Origin: Macrostomum lignano
Taxonomy: Eukaryota
Assembly: GCA_002269645.1 (NCBI GenBank)
Contig: NIVC01003260.1
Span: forward strand, 1-64,000
DNA: 64,000 nt
Direction: 5' to 3'
Shown: piece after piece, positions 11,935-22,396 of the stretch
Numbering within the stretch: position 1 is the stretch's first letter
How the letters are laid out: each line of letters starts with the position of its first letter
Made by a program: the position numbers and the translations under genes
The notes under the pieces: model-generated
The model's input: the letters and a program-made list of their open reading frames with translations, nothing else
Databases searched by the model: none
Told to the model about the DNA's origin: nothing

Positions 11935-14801
11935 ATGTCTCAACAGCCTAAAGGCCGCGGTCGTGCCCGAGGTCGCTCAGGCCCACGCCCTGAGGAGGTT
12001 TCGTCTGGCGCCAGCTTCGCCCCAGCTCCAGCAGCTCCAGCCCCTGCCCCAGTCGCTGCTGCTCGTCCAGCTCCACCACCAGGCCTGAGTGCTCAAGCTG
12101 GTGTTGCTGGTCCACCTGGGGACCAGCAGAATACTGGACGCGGTGTTGGCCGCGCTGTCGAACGTGGCGGTGCTGCGCAGCAGGCCGGAGATCCGGGCCA
12201 GCTGTCTGAGCGCATGGCCGGCCTGCGAGTTGGCGGCGAAGCCAGCGGCGACCGAGGCGGCCTACAACGAAAGCTGCTGCGCTTCCAGCTGGCGAATGTT
12301 CGGCCGGAGGGAGCTGCGGGCAAGAAGGGCAGCAGCGGAGCCCCGGTACAGGTGATGACGAATTTCGTTCGGATCAACACCGAGGACAAATGGTGCGCCT
12401 ACCAGCTGGCCGCCGACTTTCGCCCGATGCTGGGCGCGAAGCCGCTGCGCGAGAAGCTGCTGAACGATGCCCAGCAGGTGCCAAAGCCGTTTGTTTACGA
12501 TGGCGGCTGCCTGTACACCAAGCAGCCCCTGGCGCCTGCCGAGGGAGTAAAGTTTGCTGCCAGCATCAAGTCGTGGAGCGGAGAAGTGGCCATCAGACAG
12601 GTTGGCGTCATCGAAAAGAACACACCTCAGTGGTTGCACTTGATGAACGTAGTGCTTGGAAAAACCCAGAGCCACCTCAACATGCAAATGGTCGGCAGAA
12701 ACTTTTATTACCCCGACCAAGCGACGAAGCTTCCACAGCATCGCATGGAGGTAAGCGGTTTGCTCTGCTGTTGCAGTTAACTTTAGTTGCAATTGAAATT
12801 TGTTCTCAAGCTGTCAATCCCACTCAATATTCTTCGATCGCCTTTACCAGGTGTGGCCCGGCTTCGAGATGGCCATCAAGCCGTCTGACGGACCTCTGAT
12901 GCTGCATGTTGACGTGTCGCACAAGATCATCCACATGAGCACGGTTCTGGATGTGATGTACGACATGTACAATCGCAATCCCGGCAATTTCCAAGCCGCA
13001 GCCACCGACGCCTTGGTGGGGCAGATAGTGCTCACGCGGCACAACAACAAGACGTACCGTATTGACGCAATCGAATGGGATAAGCGAGTAACTGAGACCT
13101 TCCCCAGGTACAATAAGAGCACTCGCCAGAGCGAGGAGATTTCGCTGGCCCAGTACTTCGCCCAGACGTACAATGTCAATTTGTCGGACAGTGAGCAGCC
13201 GATTCTGATGTCGAAGCCGCGCAAGCGAGATCTGCCGCCGACTAAGGGAGGCCGCCGAGAGCAGGCTGAGAACGTTCTTCTGCCGCCAGAGGTTTGCTTT
13301 ATGACCGGTCTGACTGATGAGATGCGGGCCGACCGAAACCTGATGAAGGACCTGGCCACCTTCACTCGGATTGACCCGTCAACTCGGTGCGGCAAGCTGG
13401 TGAAATTTGCAAGCACAATGGCCCAAAACCGGGAGTGCCAGCGGGTGCTGGGAGAGTTCGGCCTGGCGGTAGCGCCCAACGCTGTGGAGGCCACCGCCCG
13501 CCAGCTGGCTCCGGAGACTGTCCAGATGACTAAACCCATCAGGGTGGACCCTGAGCGCGCTGACTGGGACAATGCTCTCAAGGGCAACGGCATGTTTCAG
13601 CCGGTGAACTGCAAGAACTGGATCTTCGTGTACTCCCAGCGAGACGAGCAGGCGGCCGCCGACTTCTGCCAGAAGCTGAGTCGGGCTTCGCAGTCACTCG
13701 GCATGTCGTTCGGCGAGCCCTACGTGCTGGCAGTGGCGCAGGACCGAGACCAGCTGTGGGTGAAGACGATTGAGGAAAACATCGACCAAGGCCTGGACCT
13801 GGTGTTCTGCCTGCTGCCTAGCAACAAGAAGCAGCGCTACGACTCCATCAAGCGATTGTGCTACGTGAACAAGCCGGTCCCCAGCCAGTGCGTTCTGACC
13901 AAGACCATCCGCAACCCGGCCAAGGTGATGTCGGTTGCCACAAAGGTGGCCCTGCAGATCTCCTGCAAGCTGGGCGGCGTTGCCTGGGCTGTGAGCATCC
14001 CGATGAAGCGCACGATGATCGTCGGGATGGACACTTATCACGACAAGCGGCAGAGCGTCTCGGTGCAAGGCATTGTGTTCTCGCTGAACGAGACCTTCAC
14101 CCAGTACTACTCGTACTCGCCCATCGTGAAGGGAGGCAAAGCCGAGCTGCACAACAGGCTGGAGGTCGGCTTCAACTTGGCCCTGCAGAAATTCAGAGAG
14201 AAGAACGGCGACCTGCCTACCCGGATCATCCTGTACCGCGACGGTGTGGGCGACTCTATGCTGGAGGAGGTGAGTTTTGGCTCAATTAGTTGATTGAAAT
14301 TGAAATTATAATTTATGTTGTTATTCCCGTTTGCAGGTGAAGAACTCGGAGCTGCTCCAGCTGAAGCAGTCGCTGTCGAAAATCTACGGCGAGCGCATGA
14401 GCAGCCTCGGCTTCAAGGCCATTGTGGTGAAGAAGCTGGTCAGCTCTCGCATGTTCCGCAAGCAGGGCAGCCAGCTGAGGAACCCGGCCCCCGGCACCGT
14501 GCTGGACGACGTGATCACAATGCCGAACTATGTGGACTTCTTCCTGGTGTCGCAGTACGTGAACCAGGGCACGGTCACGCCGACTCACTACAACATGATT
14601 GAGGACGTGAATGACGCCAACATCAAGCCTGACCAGGTGCAGCAGCTGACGTACAAGCTGACCCACCTGTACTTTAACTGGCCCGGCACGATTCGCGTGC
14701 CAGCGCCGTGTCACTACGCTCATAGGCTAGCGTACCTGGTCGGCCAGAACCTGATGGAGGAGCCGAGTCCGCAGATTTGCGACCGGCTGTTCTTCCTCTG
14801 A
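11935..14801 (+). CDS. piwi: PIWI-clade Argonaute, 3 coding exons, 899 aa
   Basis: Exons 11935-12750, 12851-14269 and 14337-14801, all GT-AG and phase 0. N-terminal GRGRARGR motifs, PAZ (VLTRHNNKTYRIDAIEWD), MID pocket (RYDSIK...VPSQCV...QISCKLGG), PIWI domain with GMDTYH, AELH, YRDGVG and CHYAH, and the PIWI-type C-terminus DRLFFL. Confidence 0.97.
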
Positions 14802-15030
14802 GCCAATCGCGACAGTTGAGTGCTTTGAGTTGATTGAATGATTGAAATCAGTTGGATTGACTGATAAAGTTTTGGAGAGTTTTGGTGGAGGAACATTTTT
14901 GTCAGGGCTATCAGGAGCACAAGCGGAACTGCTGCAAAGATATTTGATTGGACATTTTGAGTTTTTTAGCTGTACTACCGATGTACGCCGCTTGAGTTCT
15001 TTGAAAGGTTCTTAAAGTACTTTTTAAGTC

Positions 15031-15850
15031 TGTTCGATTTGCGTTGTGTTGTGCCAGCGTTTTCTCGTTTTCATCCGGTTTTTCATTGATTTAGCAACCT
15101 CCAAGTCATTATGAAACCGGCAATCTTTGTAATTCTCCACTCATTACTTTTATTCTAGTACCAATGCTTTGACTGGTGCGGTGTTAATAAGCTGCTCAAG
15201 CTCTGCGTTCCTTAGATTTTCATTAATCAATACAATAACAATAATAATGTTTTTGTAGTTTTAATAAACCTTCAGTTCGGTGGCTCTTGAAATTAAGCTT
15301 TTAATGTGACGCATTTGTTTCATTTTGTTTAACTTTTCTTACCTTTTACTCTGTTTAACTTTTTGTTAGTTTTCTACTACTGTTTTCAAATTTAAGTAAT
15401 ACATACGCAACTTTGCATTGCTCAAAAACGGTGCTCAGCTCTATTACATTTGTTTTTGCAGTTTTCATACACATAAGCTACATATAGTCGATTTCTTTGA
15501 GAGTTGCATTGTGTTGTACCAGCGTTTTCTCTCGTTTATTTTGTTTTTTTGTAATTCTCCACTCATTACTTTTACCAATACTTTGACCGGTGCGGTCTTA
15601 ATAAGCTGTTCATACTCTGCGTTCTTTTTATTCATTAATCCATAATTATGTAGTTGTAATAAAACTTAGTTCTGGGGCTTCTAAAAACAAGCTTTTAATG
15701 TAACGCATTTGTCTTAATTAGCTTAACTTTTTATAACTCATACTTAAGTTTTTGTTAGTTGTCTACTACGGTTTTGAGTTAATTTGTTTCCAAGTAATAC
15801 ATACGCAAATACGGTGTTCAGCTCTATTCTTCGTTTTTGCAGTTTTTCAG
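15031..15850 (+). repeat. Diverged tandem duplication (~450-bp unit) at the piwi 3' end
   Basis: Shared blocks such as TTTGTAATTCTCCACTCATTACTTTTA, AAGCTTTTAATGT.ACGCATTTG and AAGTAATACATACGCAA occur in ~15031-15470 and ~15487-15850. Each copy has AATAAA (15263, 15658). Confidence 0.85.
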
Positions 15851-16314
15851 TGTTTCTAAAATTTTTGCTAAACACTTTTCTCGCTTGGTTTTTGTCAATT
15901 CTTCTGTTTAGCTCCCGTTAGCAACTGGGCGCTGATAGGGGACTACGAATTTTATTGGCAGGAAGTTTGCTTGCCGAAAGCTGCTTGCAGAATTTCTACT
16001 CGTACCGGCAGCATAAAGTTACGAGCGTAGCTTGCACTAGATACATGTAGAGGGGGTAGGGGGCCGCCCAAGGGCCCATCCCTTCGGCTGACACCCCTTC
16101 CCAAAGGAAGATCTCTAGAAAGGAGAAGCGCTCTACCCCGAGAGGGAAAAATATATATGTAGAGATAGAGTTATCAAAGACAGAAAGGTGAAAATGGAAT
16201 CACAATTATAAAACATCTCAATATTTTATATCGCCCATAGCATTTTGAGTATACGCCTAAATGTTTTTGTTTTTTATATGCAAGAAGTAGTGTCGTACTT
16301 AGTAAAACAGCTTT

Positions 16315-16543
16315 CTACTTTCAGTTCAGTAGCAAAGAAGAATACATAAGCTATTTTATAAAAATAAAGGCGGCTGAAATGACTGATTAGTTTAGAAGTC
16401 AAGCTTGCAGGCGTGATTGGGGTCGGGCTTGTGGAAAGGAGCGGTTGGAAGGTTTAAGCTGGGGCTAAGAGCCAATAAAAAAGCCTTGGCTTTAAAAATA
16501 CATTAAAATGCTTCTGTTTAACTTACTACTGAACTAAAAGTAG
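16315..16543. mobile_element. MITE-like element with 18-bp inverted repeats
   Basis: CTACTTTCAGTTCAGTAG (16315-16332) versus CTACTGAACTAAAAGTAG (16526-16543), 1 mismatch. Non-coding interior; no clear TSD. Confidence 0.5.
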
Positions 16544-17997
16544 TTAACACGTAAATGAGCTGGGTGGCTTATCTAGTTATATGAAAACCGCAGCAACCAG
16601 CAGACCATTTCAGATCAAGCACAACTCGTAGCGAGATGAGCGCGGGCAGGTGTCTGAGCCGGAGACCGACGGCGGGGAGGGGCATTGGGCACGCCCAACT
16701 CTGGGCGTGGCGAGCGAGAGGTGCACGAGTGACTTGACGAATGACGAGTTCAAGACTAGCAAAAAGATTCGAGGTCGCACCCCTCTAACGCAACTCTGGC
16801 AAAACAATCTAGCCTGAGCAACTAACCCAGTCATGTAGTAACCTGCTAGTCTAGTGCTTATAACCGGAAAACGTGCCATCCACCCCGACAACGGCAGGGG
16901 ACGGTCTCAGCCCACGAGTTTTATTCTAGGCGCTAGGGTAGAGACGTGTCTGCGACTTCCTCGAGTCATTTGTTCAACACCTAGTTTGTAAGCTCTCGAA
17001 AGTAACAGCGTAATACGCTACTAAAACTACCGCTTGAGCCAGGAAGAAAAAAAGCTTACAATTTGGACTAAAATTATTTTCCCTGCAGTTGTCTCACCAG
17101 GCTGCTACTACATCCAACCTCACCCATTGCACAATACAAATCTAAATGCCAGTGCAAGAAGGAATACAATCGGTAACATCCAAAGTCCTGGTCCCAAGTG
17201 GAACTCCCGCAGAGAAACCTATGAACCCTGAAAACTAGAATAATTTGTAGCTCTTTCGGGTTTTCATCATCGTTTGGTCAGCCGTTTCTTAGCTATCAGA
17301 ATAGTAGTATTTATGCTTGCCATCCGGATCGATCACCCAGCAAACTCAATAAGGACCCGGTTTTTCAACGGTGTCAAAGTTCATAATACCGCATTACTTT
17401 TTTGGTGTGTGTGGGTTGGTGGGGTTGGTTACTTGGGTAGTGTATTTCTAATGCAGTCCCCCGGAAGTTTGGATTTCTAGTTTATTGTCTAAATCTTGAG
17501 TAAAAGTTTGTTGTCATCTTTGAAGAATTTTTTTAAATTAAAAAACCTATTCTTTACAATCTCCAGTGGTCAAATAGCTCGTATTACGAGTGTATCTGCA
17601 CCTGACAGGCTTATATCTTATTTTTTGTTTGTATAAATAATGTGGTTCTCGGACTGCAGTTTTGAGAATTCATTTAACTCATTCTAAACTATACATGCTT
17701 GGGGATCCCCTTGAGCAGCAACTCGACTTTAAAGTGAAGTCGGAGTGAAGAAATTCACTGGTGTGTTGAGCGACTGGAGTAAGCAGCAAGAAAGGATGGA
17801 GACGACGGAGCGGGACAGAGCGCGGAAGAGCAGAGAGCCCAGCCGATTAGTGAAAATGAGTCGTGGTGTTTTTCTTTCTGATTTTGATATAAGATCAATA
17901 GACTGCAAAGCTAACAGACTGCTCGACTTGGGGTGGCAGAGTTTAGAGGGCTTAATGTCGTACAGCCAGGGCGTGGCTGACAAAACTTGGGATAGCG

Positions 17998-18238
17998 ACT
18001 TTTGCCAGCCGACGTTTGCCAGCGGGACGTTTGCCAGCCGACGTTTGCCTGCGGGACGTTTGCCAGCCGACGTTTGCCAGCCGACGTTTGCCTGTGGGAC
18101 GTTTGCCAGCCTACGTTTGCAGCCGACGTTTGCCAGCCGACGCTTGCCAGCCTACGTTTGCCAGCCTACGTTTGCCAGCCGACGTTTGCCAGCCGACGTT
18201 TGCCAGCCTACGTTTGCCAGCCGACGTTTGCCAGCCAA
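17998..18238. repeat. 14-bp minisatellite (GACGTTTGCCAGCC)n
   Basis: Tandem copies read directly; the overlapping ORFs are repeat artefacts. Confidence 0.9.
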
Positions 18239-18560
18239 CATTAAGTCAGTGCGTGAAAAATTTGATACTGAAATATTCGCAGTAGCGGTTTAATAAAACC
18301 GTTTTTTAGTCCAACTTTTTGGCGGTTATTCGCATGTATGAAAGTTCGAAAACAAAATTTATACAAATTATGCAGTTCATCAATCTAAAATCTATTATAA
18401 AGTTTACTTCTGACAGTTTTGTATCGCTTTTCTTTGCTTGTTTCAGTTGCTTTTTGGCTTCTTCTTAATCTGGCAAATTAGACCAATTGTTTAGTGTTTA
18501 TATTTTTATACATGATCAAGAAAACTCCGTTGTCGTGTAAAAATTCCAAAGATTCTGGGT

Positions 18561-19440
18561 TCAAACGTTGACCCGTTGCAAACGCCACAAGAGTTGACCA
18601 GGCTGGCTACCATTTGGCATGATGCGTTTGAAAATTTCGTCTTCTGTGTGTTGTTTCACATGGTTGCACAGGAAACTCTGCAAGGATCTCTCCGCTTTCA
18701 GAACAGGATGCGCTGTGGAAACTTCAGTAATAGCTCCCAGACAGTGGAATTTGGATTGGTCTTGAACAATCTCGTTCATTTTCATGTTGTAATCATTGGT
18801 GTCTATGATGGCAACGCCATATCCTTTATCATAGCTAATGATTTTTATCTCCTTGTTCTCCCTAAGGCCTTTCATGGTCTTATGAGTAAGCCTATTTTTC
18901 TTGCTAGCAATAGCATTGCGGGCAAAAGTCACAAATTGTTCAAAACCAGCAATAATTCTGTTTCTGAATCTTTCATCAAGTTGGTGCGGCCCATTGTCTC
19001 CAGCATTACCAAGCGAGAGGCACTAACCCACGGTGCTCTCGATTTCAGCAGCGACATGTAATTTGTTGAGCTTGGGTGGTGAGACCGGATGCCTGAGTCC
19101 TCGTTGTAGACATTGGTGTTCTTCCGGAGAGAGTTTGTGCTTCGATAGATTGGTGACTGGGTTCGGGGCATGACTCTTTGTCTGCTTTTCGAGCCATAGT
19201 CTACCCAATTTTGCCTTAAGTCTCGTCTGGTCTTGTTTGGCTTGGACATTCACAGCTCGTGAGACGAGTTGAGAGAGCACGGCGTAGGTCAGAAAGCTCA
19301 ACTTTTCGTTGAGTTTTAGCTTGAAGCCTCGAGTTTGCATTAGCAGTTTTCTTGCTTTCTGGGCATTGAGCTTGAGTTGTCTTCGGATGAGAGCTTCGTG
19401 AACTTCACTGACATTGTCAAACACCGTCGATTCCGGAGTT
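18561..19440 (-). mobile_element. Penelope-like element, N-terminal (pre-RT) part of the ORF, frameshifted
   Basis: TNLSKHKLSPEEHQCLQRGL, LRENKEIKIISYDKGYGVAIIDTNDYNMKMNEIVQD and MPNGSQPGQL match the PLE pattern NLS..L...E..L..GL / ADKG...V.....DY..K / P.PG.LYG. Confidence 0.8.
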
Positions 19441-19444
19441 TTGA

Positions 19445-20050
19445 ATCACAAATTTAGGTTCTCATGTTCCTCTTGCTCTGGTGGCAGGTGTTGTGTACAA
19501 GTTCTCTTGTTCTGTTGACCAGAACATTTCCTATATAGGTAAAACTAAAAGGCACTTGTAAACCAGAGTTAGAGAGCATTGGTTGGAAAGGTCGGCTATC
19601 CAAGACTACCTGCTCTGTTGCAACAGCTGTTGCGAAATTGAGCAAACTCAGCAGTTCAAAATTATTGATCGATGTGGGACTGACTTTAGGCTCAATATAC
19701 TCGAATCCATGTACATTAAAAACCAAAAACCAAATCTAAATATTCAGTTTTCCCATAGTGGTGCGGGCCATTTGCTCAAAGGTGTTCTAAGTGAAGGCAC
19801 TAACCTGATCAGTGTACTCAATCTTTGCTCACTTACTTTTGAAAAAACTCTGCCCCTGATACTCCCTTTGGACTGTACAGTAAACGTTTGTTCTTTTTAT
19901 CTCTGATAAAAGTTGTTGTGTGTGAGTATAAAAATACATCAGACCCTGAAGATGGCCCTTGTTGGACCGAAACGCGTCGAAAGAAGTTAATTTATGTTGA
20001 CTTTCACTTTTATATTCCAGATCTCTGTATTTCTTTAACGTCAGATATTT
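19445..20050 (+). mobile_element. Penelope-like GIY-YIG endonuclease end and pLTR, inverted relative to the N-terminal part
   Basis: Plus-strand GVVYKFSCSVDQNISYIGKTKRHL*TRVREH (stop at 19559), then SAIQDY...FKII...LNILESMYIKNQKPNLN, followed by a hammerhead motif. The 3' boundary is approximate. Confidence 0.85.
19941..19985 (+). ncRNA. Minimal type I hammerhead ribozyme motif in the Penelope pLTR
   Basis: CTGAAGA (19946-52), T, stem II GGCCC/GGACC (one mismatch), GAAA, palindromic ACGCGT stem III, cleavage triplet GTC (C19978). Stem I pairing is weak. Confidence 0.7.
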
Positions 20051-20557
20051 TTCCTGATTTCTAGTCATGTAGTCGAGTAAAGTTTGAGTAAATCGGATTC
20101 GTGTAGAATCTTGACCTTTAATGACTGATATACTTTGCCCCCGTGACTACTAGGAGATAGTCCGCTGGTTGTTTAGTACTGTTATCGCCATCCACTAACT
20201 CCAAAGACAAATTTTTCGATACATCAACAACCCTAACCGCCACCCCTTTTAGTCGCTGGGATGGCTGTCGTGCTGTGAAGTTGGAATTTTAGACAAAACT
20301 TTTTCCAACTGGCTCTCTTGAATATCATCAATAGTTTCCTTCACGGTGTCAATGATTCTCTTCGCTTCTGTGTATCCGGGTTTGTGAAACTCGGTGGCCT
20401 CTTAAATGAACTCATTGTACAATTTTTTTTCTTTGTTGATTAAAGTTGTCGACCCGTTTCTCCGCCTGTGCTAGCTTATCCAGTTCAGAAATATGATTTA
20501 TAGTTTTCTTTAAATATATATATATATAAAATAGTTTATATATTTAACTGTTTAAAA

Positions 20558-20957
20558 ATGAACGATCCTTTGACACCATTTTTCTGCATGATTAACAAAC
20601 CAATTTTGAGCGACGACAGCACCATCAAAGCGACACAAGTTAGAGTTCCTAGTCATGAGAACCAGAATGAAACTAATTTTAGTCCAGGTCAAACGCAGAA
20701 TTTCACATTCGAGTACAACGGTTGCTCGTCATTGGTCAGTGTCCACAGTCTAAGAAGTGGCTTCTATATGACTTTCCTATTTAAGAGCCGATGCTGCTCA
20801 TGCCGATAATGATAAGCACAATACAGATGTGGCACTGATCAGTAACTTCTGGGCGTACATGTTCAAAGAGTTTAGTGTTGTCGAATGGAAGCACAGAGTT
20901 GGGGAGAATAGCCAACTTTGGTGCGGTCTATGACACCCATTGTTTGATTGAGAACCA
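20558..20957 (+). pseudogene. Polinton/adintovirus-like major capsid protein, N-terminal part
   Basis: Across two frameshifts it reads LSDDSTIK...FSPGQTQNFTFEY...DVALISNFWAYMFKEFSV..NGSTELGRIANFGAVYDTHCLIE. This resembles the double-jelly-roll MCP pattern D.SI...PG...F...V.L.NN...LF......NG..I..I.N.G as I recall it; not searched. Confidence 0.65.
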
Positions 20958-20971
20958 TAGGGTTCTCAATC

Positions 20972-22363
20972 GAGCGACTCCGCAGAAACCGGCGGCTCAC
21001 GGGCGACGCTGAGAAGGTGTCATGAACCGCGTGCTCGTCGGCGCTCCTGCGCCCACCGAGTGGACCGTCGCGCACATCGTGCTGATCCCGAAGAAGGCAG
21101 GGGCAACGCGGAAAGAAGACCACCGCGGGATCTCGCTGATGTCCTGCACCGCGAAGCTCTTCAACCGGCTACTGCTCGATCGTCTGCAGTCGGCGCTGGA
21201 CCCGTACCTGCGGTACGAGCAGAACGGATTCCGGCCGCAACGCGGCACAGTGACCCAGATCCTCGCACTCCGCCGTGTCATCGAGGAGGCGCGCATCCGC
21301 CAGTCTACGCTGATCATTGTCTTCGTTGACTTTCGAAAGGCGTTTGACTCGGTGTTGAGAGCCGCGCTCCCCTTTGTCCTTCGAGCCTACCGGGTACCCC
21401 AGCAGCTAATCGACGCTGTCATGGCGCTGTATTGCGATACTCGAGCTGCTGTGGTAACGGCGGACGGCCTGTCTGACCTGTTTGATACTTCATCAGGAGT
21501 TCTGCAGGGCGACACGCTGGCGCCGTTTCTCTTCGTGCTGCTGCTGGACTGGGTGCTTCAGACCGCACTTCCCTCGGCTGATGACGGCTTCCTGCTGCGC
21601 AGACGCATCGGTCGCCGCCACGGCGAAAAGCGCCTGAGCGTGCTTGGCTACGCCGACGACCTCGCCCTCCTGTCCTCGTCCGTTGATGACGCCCAGCGCC
21701 AGATCGACAGGCTGGTCGAGGTTGCATCGAGAGTCGGTCTGGTTGTCAACACGCTAAAGACCGAGATGCTGACTGTGCCGGCCGACATCCCAGCGGACCT
21801 GACGCGCCGCGGCGCAGACGGGCAGATGACCAGGCTCGCACGCTGCCAACGGTTCACCTACCTCGGCGGTCTGGTGCCCCACGTGGAGCAAGACCTCCGG
21901 CGGTGCAGAGGACTTGCCTGGGCGGCCCTTCGCTTGATTCGGGCCGTCGTCCAGTCCGAAGCGCTGCCCGACTGCTCTACAACGCTGAGACGTGGACGCT
22001 GACGGCTACGCTAGAGCGGCAGCTGGACTCGGCGCACACAGGGCTGCTCCGTGCGGCCTTTCGAGCTGACGATGTACGATCGGCCAAACTGCAGCGCCCG
22101 TCCATCATCCTGCGCCGGTGGCGACTTCAACTGGCGGGCCACGTGATCCGGCCCGAGGGCTACTGCCCCCAACCTGTTCAGAACGTCCTGCTGCTCATCT
22201 TGCAGGGCCTGTTCAGACGGGGTCAGGCCCAAACCCGTCGATACGTGGACTGTCTGCTGTGTGACACTGCCAAACGGGCGGACTTCGTCCGCTCTCAGGC
22301 TCTGCGGCGCGCCATCTGACGCACCCTGCTCTAACTGTGACCTTGTATTGGGGGCTGCGTACT

Positions 22364-22396
<33 letters not shown>
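20972..22396 (+). mobile_element. 5'-truncated RTE-clade LINE (RT and C-terminus) ending in (TTG)n
   Basis: ORF 21022-22002: IVLIPKK, RGISLMSCTAKLFNRLL, EQNGFRPQRGT, FVDFRKAFDSV, GVLQGDTLAP, YADDL. ORF 21903-22319: LLYNAETWTLT...LLRAAF. A frameshift separates them. Confidence 0.88.

Noticed and set aside
12093-14723. Antisense and alternate-frame ORFs overlapping piwi
   Set aside because: Expected shadows of GC-rich coding sequence; no recognisable motifs.
16560-17030. GC-richer segment that might be a solo LTR or promoter
   Set aside because: No TG...CA ends with TSD, no second copy in the window and no convincing ORF.
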